A stretch of 63,570 nucleotides of DNA, filler included, from Octopus bimaculoides (Eukaryota): NCBI RefSeq assembly GCF_001194135.2. It is 6 parts of 6 records of this genome, joined end to end, with 100 filler letters (N's around TTAATTAATTAA, not from the genome) between each part and the next. Parts side by side here need not be neighbours in the genome. Positions count along the whole stretch, not along the records: positions 1 to 31,353 come from NC_068981.1; 5 more parts are not named here. The stretch is one strand, 5' to 3'. Both the position numbers and the translations under genes were made by a program. The notes beneath the pieces are model-generated. The model worked only from the letters and a program-made list of their open reading frames with translations, made no database searches and was not told the DNA's origin. Of the stretch, positions 1 through 12,777 are shown in pieces; the stretch's first letter is position 1; each line of letters opens with the position of its first letter.

Positions 1-43
<43 letters not shown>

Positions 44-355
44 GTATATTATACTGACATATATATCTACACCACCCTCTCACACACACACATGCACACA
101 TACATACGTATTTATACATATGTGAGTATATGTATGCATACATACAAAAAGAATATATTTGATAGAATATCCCTTTCTATAAATATATACGACTATGATG
201 TTTAAATGTATGTGAAATTATTTACATATAGATTGACGTACGTAATACTTTGATATTTTGAGTATATGTGTCTATGTGTCTGTGAGTGTATACATATGTA
301 TGCATCCATGCATCTATGTATGGTTGTGTATGTCTATGAATGTAATGATACTCGT

Positions 356-388
<33 letters not shown>

Positions 389-426
389 CATGCACACACA
401 CGCACATGCATTTATACATACACACC

Positions 427-474
<48 letters not shown>

Positions 475-598
475 TGTATACATACATTCATGCATACGTA
501 CATACATACATACATCTGTTCGTGTACATAAACTAGTGTTTTTTTCATCTTACATTAGAAAAAGATTTACACAAATCCATTTATACATGCATACATAC

Positions 599-629
<31 letters not shown>

Positions 630-833
630 AATATATACACACACAAACATTTATATATGCATATATATATATATATATTATACAAACATGTATGTATGNN
701 NNNNNNNNCATGTATGTATGTATGTATATATATATATATATATGTATTGATTATTGTCTATCTAGATGTACAATTATATACTCACATAGATAAAGATGTC
801 TGCTGTCTATCAGTCTATCTTTTGTATCATCAT

Positions 834-876
<43 letters not shown>

Positions 877-960
877 ACGCATACACGTGCATACACACAC
901 ATATGTATATAGATGTATACACACATATATGTATACGTGTGTGGTCATAAAAATGTACAT
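1..960. repeat. Compound (TA)n/(CA)n/(TACA)n/(GT)n microsatellite field
   Basis: Directly visible di- and tetranucleotide runs; explains the YI/HT/VC-type ORFs at 222-960. Confidence 0.95.
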
Positions 961-1368
961 ACGTCCACAGAGTATCTGTATCTATATATGTCGTCATCTA
1001 AGAGTACTGTTGTAATGTAAACATATTTAATATCAGAATGTTATTAATATCATAATTACCGATATTCAATGCAGCTTGCTTTGAACATCTCTGTAACTGT
1101 GCTCAGTTAAGCTTTTCTAATGAACAGCATCTTGTTATCATTCAACATCTGACTAGCAAGAGACCGTATCTTTCTCTTCTCCATTAACTACCTCGACCGA
1201 CCAGTGTTCGCAAAGCGTACTTCACTATTAACATACACACGCACAGACTCTCTCTCTCTCTCCAAAATATACACACAGAATCACACATACAAAACTACAC
1301 GCATACACAAACACACACATATATATTCGTGTATGCATACATACGCGTGTGCAGACACACGCATCGTT

Positions 1369-1369
1369 C

Positions 1370-1425
<56 letters not shown>

Positions 1426-2290
1426 GTCGTCATCTTCGTCGTCGTCGTTATCGTCAGCGCAACCGTCGCATTCGCATTCAGTAACATCGCGCCGCGCCGC
1501 GCCGCCGTCCAACGCACATCCATCCCTACTCGCCGCCATTCTACTGGAACCCTACCGCCACACACTGCAGCGTACACCTGCTGTCTTTCGTTAATGGTAC
1601 TGTTATTGGTGCTGTTGCTGTTGTTGTTGTTGTTGCTGCTGCTGCTGTCACTATCGATGATGATGATGATGATGGTGATGACGACGACGATGATGATGAT
1701 GATGATGACGACGATGATGATGACGACGATGATGATGATGGTTATGACAGTGATGAGGATGATGATGATGACGACGATGATGATGATGGTGATGACAGTG
1801 ATGATGATGATGATGGTGGTGGTGATGACGGTGATGAGGATGATGATGATGACGACGATGATGATGATGGTGATGACAGTGATGATGATGATGATGATGG
1901 TGGTGATGACAGTGATGAGGATGATGATGATGACGACGATGATGAAGATGGTGATGACAGTGATGAGGATGTTGATGATGGCGGTGAAGATGATGGTGGT
2001 GATGATGATGACGGTGATGATGACGACGATGGTAATGGTGATGACGACAATGATGACGATGATGATGATATGACAATGACGATGATGACAGAACTAGTAA
2101 TACTGCCGATGATATGTGTGCGTCTGAGATGCGCTGGTGGCATTGGTACAGATGCTGACGATCATAGATGTGGGTGGTGAAGATGATGATGATGATGACA
2201 ATGATACCGCAGCTGCTGACGGTGTCGGCAAAGACAATAATGATGATTTTATTGACGACAATAATGTTGATGATGATAAAGTTATACATA
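1369..2290. repeat. Trinucleotide repeat field: (CAT)n, (TTG/CTG)n, then long degenerate (GAT)n with an 81-bp higher-order unit
   Basis: Visible repeats; source of the poly-I/M/S/H/D ORFs. Confidence 0.95.
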
Positions 2291-2545
2291 TATTTAGTGC
2301 AGTGTTTGTTAGTAGAGTATAACATTTCCTTGCTTTCAAGTTTGTAACCAAGCAACACACATATTTCGTCTGCTTCCTCTCATCTTTCGCATCTTTTCTC
2401 GATTTTTCTGTCCTTTTCATCTTCTTTACTCTTCAGTCTGCTTCTTGTTCTTATCTCTAGTTTCTCGTTGTTGTTGTTGTCGTTGTTGTTAATATTTTTG
2501 CTGTTCTCCTCCTCCTATTTCTTCTCTCCTCCTTTCCACTTTCAT

Positions 2546-2577
<32 letters not shown>

Positions 2578-2865
2578 TTTTCCTTCTACATTTTCCCTGT
2601 TATTCTTATTCCTGTACCATACTATATACTTTGTTCTCTTCTTTATTCGACTCCCTAAAAGCAACATCGCAAAAACAATAAAACAAAAGCTCATCTCTGT
2701 TCTCAGCTCCTAAGACCAAGATCACAATATGATTTATAGACAAAACGCACAATCTCTGAACCAACTAATTAATTCAATGCAACGTAGTCCATCTCAGTTT
2801 ACTGTAACCTTCCATAGCCAAGCAGAGGCCATACTTACTAAATCTACTGTCACGTTAATAAAAAA

Positions 2866-3310
2866 AGGTGGCGAAGTGGCAGAGTTGTTAGAGCATTGGG
2901 TAGATAGTCTAGCGATATTATTCTAAGGCAGCGAGCTGACAGAATCGTTAGCACACCGGACAAAATACTTAGCGGCGTTTTGTCCGTCTTTACGTTCAGT
3001 GTTCGAATTCCGCTGTGGTTGACTTTGCCTTTCATCCTTTCGGAGTCGCTAAACATGAGTACCAGTTGTGTACTGTGGTCGATGTAATCGACTTACCCCT
3101 TACCCAAAATTGGTGGTCTTGTGCCAAAATTTGAAATCGGTGTTTGCTCTAATTCTTAGCGCTCTGAGTTCAAATCATACTGAATCAATAAAAAAGTGCG
3201 AATCCAGGACAGAATCGTTAGAAAGTCGGGAAAGTGCTTTGCAGTATTTGCTCCTGTCTTTGAGTTATGATAAACGCCTGCGACAACACAGGCCGAAGCC
3301 GGTGACCTTT
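2866..3310 (+). mobile_element. SINE family A: near-full copy at 2925-3138 with degraded partial copies on both sides
   Basis: aaggcagcgagctgacagaatcgttagcac...gactttgcctttcatcctttcgg...gtcgatgtaatcgac...ttgtgccaaaatttgaaa matches many other copies in the window. Confidence 0.9.
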
Positions 3311-3391
3311 CTCATGAGTTAACATCACTGACATTCAGTAGGGAGACTTGCATACACTGGTTTCTACCAATCTTTCTAACGAAAAAAAAAA

Positions 3392-3703
3392 GGAGGCATG
3401 GCTTTGTGGTAAGAAGCTTGCTTCTCAACCACATGGTTCCAGGTTCAGTCCCACTGCGTGGCACCTTGGGCAAGTATCTTATACTATGGCCTCGGGTCAA
3501 CCAAATTCTTGTGAGTAGATTTGGTAGATGGAAACCGAAAGAAGCCCGTCGTATATATANNNNNNNNNNNNNNNNNNNNNNNNNNNNNNNNNNNNNNNNN
3601 NNNNNNNNNNNNNNNNNNNNNNNNNNNNNNNNNNNNNNNNNNNNNNNNNNNNNNNNNNNNNNNNNNNNNNNNNNNNNNNNNNNNNNNNNNNNNNNNNNNN
3701 NNN

Positions 3704-3735
<32 letters not shown>

Positions 3736-3954
3736 TGTGAGTCTGTGTTGTTCTCCTCACCACCACCATCGCTTGACAACTGATGTTGCTGTATTTACGT
3801 CCCCGTAATTAGCAGTTCAGCAAAAGTGACCGATAAAATAAGAACTAGTCTTACAGAGACTAAGCCCCGAGGTCGATTTGTTCGACTAAAAGGCGTTGCT
3901 CCAGTATGGCCGCAGTCAGATGACTGAAACAAGTAAAAGAGTAAAAGTAAAGAG
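3392..3954 (+). mobile_element. SINE family B (tRNA-like head, CORE-like box, internal microsatellite, gtaaaaga tail); extra 3' fragment at about 3995-4062
   Basis: Head gtggtaagaagcttgcttctcaaccacatggttccaggttcagtccc, CORE-like caccttgggcaagt, internal (TA)n plus gap, tail tgactgaaacaagtaaaagagtaaaag; at least 8 homologous copies in the window. Confidence 0.9.
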
Positions 3955-4421
3955 TCCCTGCTCAGGCCTCGTAGCCTAGAGTTTCGCTAAAAATCTGTTC
4001 GACTAAAACCATTCAAGGCGGTGCCCCAGCATGACCACAGTCCAATGAATGAAACAAATATAAAGCCGGGCTGCGACAGAGGCCTTATTAGGTCACAGTC
4101 GCTACTCGCAGATAAGCTGCTTACGATCAGAATTTTGGGGACTTTAGAGATAAAATGTGTCTTGATATTTATAAGAATTATATAGATATAACGTTTCGAA
4201 CAGTTCGTTCTCTGATCATCATCAGATTACTTAAACTTGAATGAATACATAGTACGAAACTGGGTTTTAGCGATGGTCTTTTATTTCCAAACTAAGTTTA
4301 GTGACAATAGTTTAGCTAACTATGGTTTTTCATGTAAATGGAATATCTGGGTAAATTGTGAATTCTATTTGTTTATACCAGTCAGTGTCCAATCTTGTAT
4401 ATTTGTTTGAGGTTGTCTCGT

Positions 4422-4474
4422 TACTACTTCGCTGATGAAGTCACAATAAGGCCAAAACAACGTCCGGTGTTGTA
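4422..4474 (+). ncRNA. Decayed type I hammerhead ribozyme-like motif (Penelope-like element pLTR type)
   Basis: CTGATGA core at 4432-4438, stem II agtc/ggcc, AAAAC in place of GAAAC, GTC triplet at 4462-4464, flanking stem I 4422-4431 with 4465-4474. Confidence 0.55.
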
Positions 4475-4844
4475 TCCGTACTCATTGGAATAAAATATTT
4501 GAAATAGACTAATAATTTTTTTCTCCTCAACGTGTAATTACATTTCTAGTTAGATTTTGAATTTTCCTTGCGTTAAATATGTTAACACTACATTAAATAT
4601 TTGTTATATTAGCTGACTTTAACATCGAATCGAATCAAAACTTCCTTTCACAAAACTGAATGACCAATCAGGCAAGCTTCTCAAGCAAAGTCAACAATAA
4701 GAACCAAAACAAGAATAAAAATAACAATGAAAAATCACAAACAAAACAAAACCAAAACTAATGACTTTCCTAATGAACTAGCCTTGCTTGCTAATTACAA
4801 ATTGCCCACGAATGAAACGCAATGAATCGCGCAGATATAAAAAG

Positions 4845-4963
4845 ACACACACACACACACACATACACACACAGAAACACTCACGCACACACACACATAC
4901 ACACAAAGAAACACTCATGCACATACACACCCACACATACACAGAAACACACACCCTCTCTCA

Positions 4964-5000
<37 letters not shown>
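4845..5000. repeat. (CA)n microsatellite
   Basis: Visible. Confidence 0.95.
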
Positions 5001-5002
<2 letters not shown>

Positions 5003-5074
5003 CAATGCACTCACGCGCTGATTGATACACACTAATTTAGACAATAAGAGCTTCTACACTATCATCTGACCGGC

Positions 5075-5225
5075 TAAAAGCAATAGCCAAATACCCCTCA
5101 AATTGCAGAAATCAACTAACTAGTGTAGTCTTAAGCACACTTCTAGGAAAAAGACGTGATGGTTACATTTATAAAGATATTGATCATAGTTTTGTTATCG
5201 ATCAGTGCTGTCCTGGAACTAGTTG
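5075..5225 (+). mobile_element. Degraded interspersed repeat family C; other copies at about 5705-5775 (-), 46350-46470 (+) and 49900-50100 (+, ends gctaaacaacaac)
   Basis: Shared motifs aatagccaaat-ccctcaaat, aaaagac-gatggt and tgatcata among the copies; short (AAC)n tail suggests a SINE/LINE 3' end. Confidence 0.55.
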
Positions 5226-6750
5226 TCAAGTTCTCAAATCACACAAACGTGTTTTAATACAGGAAGGATAGATATAACGTAGCCCTGCATGACACTGTCT
5301 GGACAACCGACGCAAAATATAACATTACAGCAACAGTTATAACATCATAGACTGGATAAGGGTTGACTTATGGCTAAACAATAGCATATGGTTAATAATA
5401 ATACAAAGCAAAAAGAAAGAGAAATATCATCGGGGGATTTCGCCATATCAGAAGTATCAACTGACTTCTTTCTGTCGTGCTTCCATATTTTTTATATTGT
5501 AGAGCACTGCCAATGGGCTGATAATAGACGAACTGTAGACAGAGAAGTGACTTCTGGTGAGGCAGGAGAGCTGTCTGAATATTATAGATGGCTGATCGTA
5601 CTCGCCTGCAATGTGTAACTGAATGAAGCGAAATAAACAATGTACCGACACACTCTTGTTCTGGATTATGTTTAGTAAGCTATAGTACGATGCTACTGTC
5701 GATACAGCCTGGCCCCAGGTCGGCTCTGATGTAGCGGACCCATGATAAGAGGCGCTCCGATTGTGACCATTGCACCTTTTGTTTTAGATATAACATCTAG
5801 GATTAAGCAGTTGTATACTGTCAACTTACTGTGACAGTCCCAATAAAGGAATCATACTGCTGCTATTTAGCCCTAGGAAGCTGGACCGTTTCCTGTCGGC
5901 CTTGACACATTTCCTGTGTCCTTAAATTTGCGAGGGGGAGGCAAGCTCCCCCCCCCCACCAGCCTAGTCTGCATTCAGGGACATGTTTCTGAGTCATTGC
6001 TCGTCATCAGCCTGAAGTAGCAACACCAGCTGGCTGAAGATGTCTGTCAGCCCCTCGCAAATATATATATTTCTAGTGAAAACACATTCACTGATTGCAA
6101 AAAATTATAATTATATCATTTCTAATCTAGGATTATTTTATCTATTATAATATTCCTATTTTAAGACGATACGCTGTTGCTGTATATTCTTTTACTGCTT
6201 TTAGTCCTTGAACAGCAGAGGTTCAGGAATGACTCCTTCAAATATATGAAACATTTTTTTTTGCGATTTCTACTTATCGAATAGTTCAATATAAATTATG
6301 CATCTCTTTAGGTTTTTGTTTTCTTAATTAAATACTATTACTAGGAATTCACACACAAAGACACATAACAACAAACACACACACACACGAACACACACAC
6401 ACCATACATACACACACAAACACGTACACACATTCATGATGGATGTCATCCGCTCATGACTGCGGAAGACTACCACTATCCATTAAGAATATTGTGCACT
6501 GAAACAACAAAACCCATGCAAAATATCAGCGATGCCTGTGCCAAATTCTAGATCCATTAAGGCATGTATAAAACCTCGCCGACCCTCTCTACCTTACTGA
6601 CATGATCCAGCGACAAGACGAGGCAAGATATCCAGTGCCAATATGGGTTGCAGGCCCAGGAATATGGGAGAACCATGATCTCCAGGGCAAACAAGAGATC
6701 TCCCAAAATATTCAATGCCATTCCCTGCATATCTGGCTTAATATCAGAGT

Positions 6751-6857
6751 GTACCTTCTAGAAACATGCCTTAACAAAAGCTGAGGGGTGCCTCACTCCC
6801 GGTGGTTTTCCAGCACGCAAGGCACCAACCCGGAATTTCTTAGTGCCCGTACTATTG
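6751..6857 (+). repeat. Unclassified dispersed repeat, second copy at 38831-38939
   Basis: aacatgccttaacaaaagctgaggggtgcctcactcccggtgg aligns with aacatgctttaacaaaagctaatgggtacttcacttccagtg. Confidence 0.7.
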
Positions 6858-7034
6858 CTAGATAGTCGTGGAAATTACACTGGATTCCTCTCCTCTCTCC
6901 TTCTGACAGGTCTCGCTTTTAGTCCTCCTGGGTTGACCTCCACCCGTAAACGATGTATATACAGTGAGAACCAGTTTTACACTCATTGAATATCATTTAA
7001 ATACCTTCAAGGAAGCTTTGTTTAACATACCTTA

Positions 7035-7530
7035 TTGAGAAAAATGGTAAACGTAATCAAACGCATGCGCTGTAGTGCATATTTCTTCGTGAATCTGGCC
7101 ACCAATATCTCCGCTAATAAATTCGGCGTCAAATTTCGAAAATGCTCTTCCCAGACTCCCCAAATAAAGGAGCTTGAGAATTTCGAAGCTGATTTGCTGA
7201 ATATGATCAATATAGTTTGAATCTCTTTATAAACTCTTCAAACGGCACAATTTAAACAATTACCTAATGTAGACATTCTCACCGACAAGCGGACAGCATA
7301 TATGAAACGAACACTTGCATGCACACAAGACTCCTTACAAACAATGTGATTCCTTACAGACATGGTGACATAAACGCTGAAGTGAAATAGCTAACCACCC
7401 TCCTAAAGATAGAGGATTGTGTGGACCAGAAAATAACAGCCTTTCTAATCTTAAATGTAGGCTGATCAACTCTTCCAAGAGCGATACAGACATTGTAAGC
7501 TTCTGATAAGATCCTATAGAGGATGTGAAT
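7035..7530 (+). pseudogene. Penelope-like element reverse transcriptase remnant (N-terminal part)
   Basis: VIKRMRCSAYFF...FGVKFRKCSSQTPQIKELENFEADLLNMI and downstream LKCRLINSSKSD resemble the PLE motifs KRMRWKAFFF and CRLINPAKSE; stops and frameshifts present. Confidence 0.7.
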
Positions 7531-8507
7531 GAGTATTCTACTCCTGCAGCCCTCCTAAGAATAGGGTAGCAATCTTTTGAATCCATAGATACACCTTCAC
7601 ATCGCATCAGCAAGAAACTTCCAAGGAATTTCTAAGAAATTCCAAGACAGTTATGAATGAGAAGCAGGAATAAAGCAGTGATTAAATTTAATGTTCACAA
7701 ACGTGGTTGATTTTATCATATACAGTTGTTTTTAATTGCACAATTTACATTTGCATTTTATGCTCTGAGTCAAAAGCTCATTTGTTTTTTAGCTGAATTT
7801 ATTCATCTATATTACTATATGAAGTTTAATTAAAATAAAGGTATACAATTGGGTTTTTGATCTTTAACTGTAATATTACTTTTGTAGTGATTGTGAAGAA
7901 TAATCAAAGTTTTCTTGGGGAAGTAGGGAATAGAAAATTTGGGAAGCACTATTATAGTTGTATTCTCTCATGGTTAAGATTAAGCGTGGTAGCAATATAT
8001 TACTAATATAGTTATTCAAGGCTGGTAATATTATCAAGCTTTCCTTTCACGCAATTACTTTAAAATAGAAATAATGCTCTAGAGGTTAGAATATAAATCG
8101 TAAATATCTACAAATGGCATGGCCGTCTTCTTCGTCTTATTAATGTAAATTCTAGTTTGTTCGATGTGTCATGCAACAATATGCGAAGTCGATTCCAAGT
8201 ACTTCTGAGACGTATTATTAACTAAAACATTTCATTCATCTGAAATGGGATTTACGACAAATGTCAAATCTGATAGCTCTTTTGAGTTGTTCTAAGAAGT
8301 ATTTCAGCTTCTGTTCTGATACTTCTGACCTAATTCTATGTCGCTTACTGTCCAGGAGAGCCATTTATGGAAGATAAGGAAATGTTTATTATCATTTCAA
8401 ATCTTGTGAGACACAAATATTCAGATACACATCACTTCTTTTTTAATGCGTCTTGACGGTTTTTCATATCTCTCTCAATAATTTGAATGCTACTTTAAAA
8501 AAAATCA

Positions 8508-8584
<77 letters not shown>
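8508..8584. repeat. (TATC)n microsatellite
   Basis: Visible. Confidence 0.95.
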
Positions 8585-11500
8585 CTAAATACATACTTAT
8601 ATACACATATAAACCAAATACTCATAAAAGTACATACTTATTCATATATAGTTATACACACATACACATATAAACAAGTATATACACAAATATACATATA
8701 TTCATAAATGCACATATACACATACACATATATACAAACACGAAGGAAATAAAATAGTTTTTTGTTCAGCCTTTATCAAAATAGTAGATACGAGTTTTTT
8801 TATCAATGCAAAAAACAAATTAAAATGAATTAAGTAAATAATAGACTACAATATTGTTGTAAGAATGGGCCCAGTTCAATCGCAAAGACGAAATAAATAT
8901 CCTCTAAACTTCGACCACTATTTATACACTACTAAGTGTGCTCTCAGTCTCCCTTAAATTCTTACTTAAACCCAAGATTCCAAGATAGACGGTATTGAAA
9001 AAATGTGAAGTATCGGCACCGCTTTTTCGAGATATCACTGACGGTATCAAAACCAAATCCTTGAAAATACACAGCAAGAAAGTTACCCTTTACTCCATTT
9101 ATTCGAACCAGGTCTCCTACGTGAAGCTAGCCTTCTCTCTTCCCGCCCCAAGACATAGAGGCCAAGAAAATAAAAAAAAAGAAGAGAAAATTTGTCTCTT
9201 TTCATTTTCGTGGTCTCTCTGTCTTTTGCCATCATTTCCCTGAAGAAATCATAAAAGTAGAAAGTCAATTAAAAGGGTACAAACTATAAAGTAGTCAAAC
9301 TGTAAAGTAGACAATATCAAGATGACAAAAATTATGCAATAAGCCATATAACAAATGAATTGACTACACTTATGAATATTATTTTACAGTGTAAAGTAAA
9401 AGTGAGGTTCAAACTGAATGACTGAAGAGAGACTATAATATGTTAGAAATCGAATTTGATTTATAAATCTGTTTGGATTTTCGTCGACCTTGATGCCGCT
9501 TACTTATCTTTTTTTAACATGTGGATCTGACTGCATAATTATTTCACTAGATACAGGATGTTTCCATACTCCAAATACATCATACCAAATCTATTAGGTA
9601 CTTATACCAAAGAGTCTCTTTTACGACACTCTTTTCATAATAGTAATAGTAGTAGCTAGCAAAAATATACTCTCGCTAAGACATTTGCTAAGAGAAGCAG
9701 ATAATTAATTTCATACTTGATATTCACTTTCTAATTTTGTATTATTAGTAAACTTGTTGAGCATAATACATATGAAGTGAAAACATGAATACAAGTATAA
9801 TACTAGTTGCTGACAACATATGAAATAGAAACAATTCGCTAATTTATTTGACAGATGCAAATATTTTAACTTAATGCTACAAAATCTCAGAATGTGTTGT
9901 TTTAGGTTCACTGATGTTGGCTCTTTCATTAAATATTCACGAATAATTACAACAATGTTCTTTATTTTTAATTCATTGAAAATAATTAAAATTCAGGATC
10001 CTATGAATTTCGTACCCTGGCAACATTAACCATAGCAACGTAAGCTGGCTTAAAGATTCCTTTCACGTAATTTTGAAATTTAGTAAATTTACTTCTATCA
10101 ATATTACCTTTGTCTTATTTCTTTAGATTTTGAGTATAAAAACTTAGCTTTTGTCTTCTCGACCTAGGGATCAATGATAAGAATAAACCCAGAGATTGCA
10201 GTGGTGCCAAAAATATCCTTGTTGATTTGTGATTGCTGTGTGCGTATTTTGTAGTTGTTCAACCATCCATTTTGCTTCTAGCATTTATTATATATTCCTT
10301 GGTAGATCATGTTGATATGATAAACTGTGTTGCTGTGGTTTTTTATCTGAAGCGTGAAGAAACTAAATCAGAAGACAGACATCAAAGTTTCTTCAAGGTT
10401 CTTTCAGAAACACAATGAGATATTTCTTGTATTTTCTAATAGAAGGAAAATTCAGACAAAGCAAACCATATAAGAGATAGCATTCAGTAGTTATTTATTT
10501 ATCTATTTTTATTTTAGACATTCAAATTACTTACAGAAGACTTGTGATAGTGATCATCTTATCATTTCACATCTTTTAAAACCCCTTGTATTGTTTTGCA
10601 TTAAAAATATCTTTACTAAATAATGAGGTTTTTATTCTGCGTATGGTGACACACACGCTGCTTTAATTTCTGACGAATACAAACGTTGGTATACCGTATG
10701 TATATCAATAGAGAATAGATAAAGCCATCGTCATTAATACCAAAATCCTGAAGTTTATAAATTCTATGATAAAAAGCAGCTGGGCTCACTAAGTAAATCC
10801 AATATAATAAATTGTATTAATGAAATACTTGCGCAAAGCCAGCTATTTTTTTTTATTATTTCATGCAATTTACTGAAGTATCATAACTATTCTCTTCTTT
10901 GGAAATCTAATTAAATTACCATGTTTCATCTGAAAATAATAAATACATTTATTATTCACATTATAAAGATTTGAAAATCAAGTAACATATTTACGTAAGC
11001 TTTAGAAATAATTTAAATATAACGAAATCTATGGAATGAAAATTAATTCCAAACTAGCAGAGCTTGAACTATTTAATGTTTCTTTAAGTCTCCCCGTTTC
11101 GTGTACAATAGCAATTTCGTAAATAGAAATCATTCTGTTATATTGCTTATGGCCAGTTTACTAATCTACTGACAAAGATTATAACGTATTCTGATTAATA
11201 CAATTAGCAAATTCATATACTAATATACTAATATACTAAACATGATATATATTAGTTAATATACTAATATCCTGTTTAATATTCTAATACAGGAAAACAA
11301 CGAGATCAATTATCATTGCATTAATTAACGTGACATCCAACCAATCAATTAATCAATCAATTTGTTACTCAATATCAAATCACAATCTAGTCTGTTACTC
11401 TTATTTGATTATAAGCTAACTTTGATTATTATCTAAATTTGTGATCTATAGGCATTCCAGCTGCTACATCTCGTAATTTTTGTTTATTTTCCAGAAAAGG

Positions 11501-12126
11501 TAACTCTTCATTACATTATTCAATACGCCTTTTTCTTCTCATAATACATATATCTACAGATTCGCAGTTGTGATTAAACCGTATTAAAATAGTTAAAATT
11601 TCCATAAATGTTCGTCTTTACTATCCCTGGCGATCTTCTACAGAGACTGAACATATTTCACAGTGATGACTGCATCATATAAATTAGCATTTTCCCCCAG
11701 AGCTTGAAAATAGATCAACTTTATAAAAGACTTGAGCCTATTTCAGGGGACTGATATCCATCGTCCAACCAACCTTATTGACCAATACAAAGCATTATAA
11801 GCAGGTTATATATATATTAACATTGATTACCTTTGTTACTCCATACCCATCAAACGGTCTATTTAGCTTGATATACATGCTTTCGTCCAATATCTCAGTA
11901 CAATCATCTATCCACCGTTATACTATGAAATCCCGTGTCTTATATTACTATAACAACGGCTTTTACTTCTCTAAAGATAATGTAAATGTAATAGGTAGAC
12001 AACGGCTAGTGAGTTAGAGCTTGCATACCTATACTGTTTGGTGGTCTTGATGGAAGAAACATTCATGGTTCGACGCGAAAGGAAGGCGGTTGCAAGAAGA
12101 TGAAGTAAGACATCTTGGTCACTCAC

Positions 12127-12229
12127 AACATCCATCTTCATTAACAGTCGTCTTGACTTGGTCTTGCTTCTGGATTGGAGATGGCCTCGGAAGAGAGCGT
12201 GAAGTTGACGGTGCGCACCTCTTCTTCAT
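12127..12229 (-). other. Candidate 103-nt coding exon (MKKRCAPSTSRSLPRPSPIQKQDQVKTTVNEDGC)
   Basis: Acceptor gactttcttgaAG, donor GTGAGT, open in phase 0, locally less AT-rich. No homology recognised. Confidence 0.25.
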
Positions 12230-12511
12230 CTTCAAGAAAGTCAACACCAATGTTTATCACTCAACGTGTAATAATTGAACCTAAACTGACTCGCAACACA
12301 CCTCTACTCCAGTCCCTGCATTGAACACTTTACTCAATCATTGTTGTGGTGGTTTAGTACCAACTGAGATATGTATGAGGAGATTTACAATCTAGAATGT
12401 TCCGATCATGACAACCCTGTTCTTTCTTCGAAAATGCATGCCTCAAGGTCCCTGTATATCTTGTGGGAACATGGATTTTTCACATGGAAATTTCGTCTCC
12501 AAGGCGTAAAG

Positions 12512-12746
12512 TTATTCTTTCATTCTTTTAATTGTTTCAGTCATTTGACTGTGGCCATGCTGGAGCACCACCTTTATTCGAACAAATCGACTCCAGGACT
12601 TATTCTTTGTAAGCCTAGTACTTATTCTATCGGTCTCTTTTGCCGAACCGCTAAGTTACAGGGAGGTAAACAAACCAACATCAGTTGTCAAGTGATGGAA
12701 GGGAAACAAACACACAAATACAGACACACAAACATCTCTCTCTGTC

Positions 12747-12777
<31 letters not shown>

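Noticed and set aside
222-2420. Long ORFs up to 289 aa (poly-I/M/S/H/D)
   Set aside because: They are translations of di- and trinucleotide repeats, open simply because the repeats lack stops in those frames.
8000-8450. Possible hAT transposase C-terminal remnant on the minus strand (FVVNP-like motif)
   Set aside because: One short motif only; no dimerisation-domain signature could be read.
9085-9130. Minus-strand LHVGDLVRINGVK, reminiscent of a PDZ GD..L.ING motif, followed by GTAACT
   Set aside because: In-frame stop immediately upstream, purine-rich acceptor, and too short to exceed chance.
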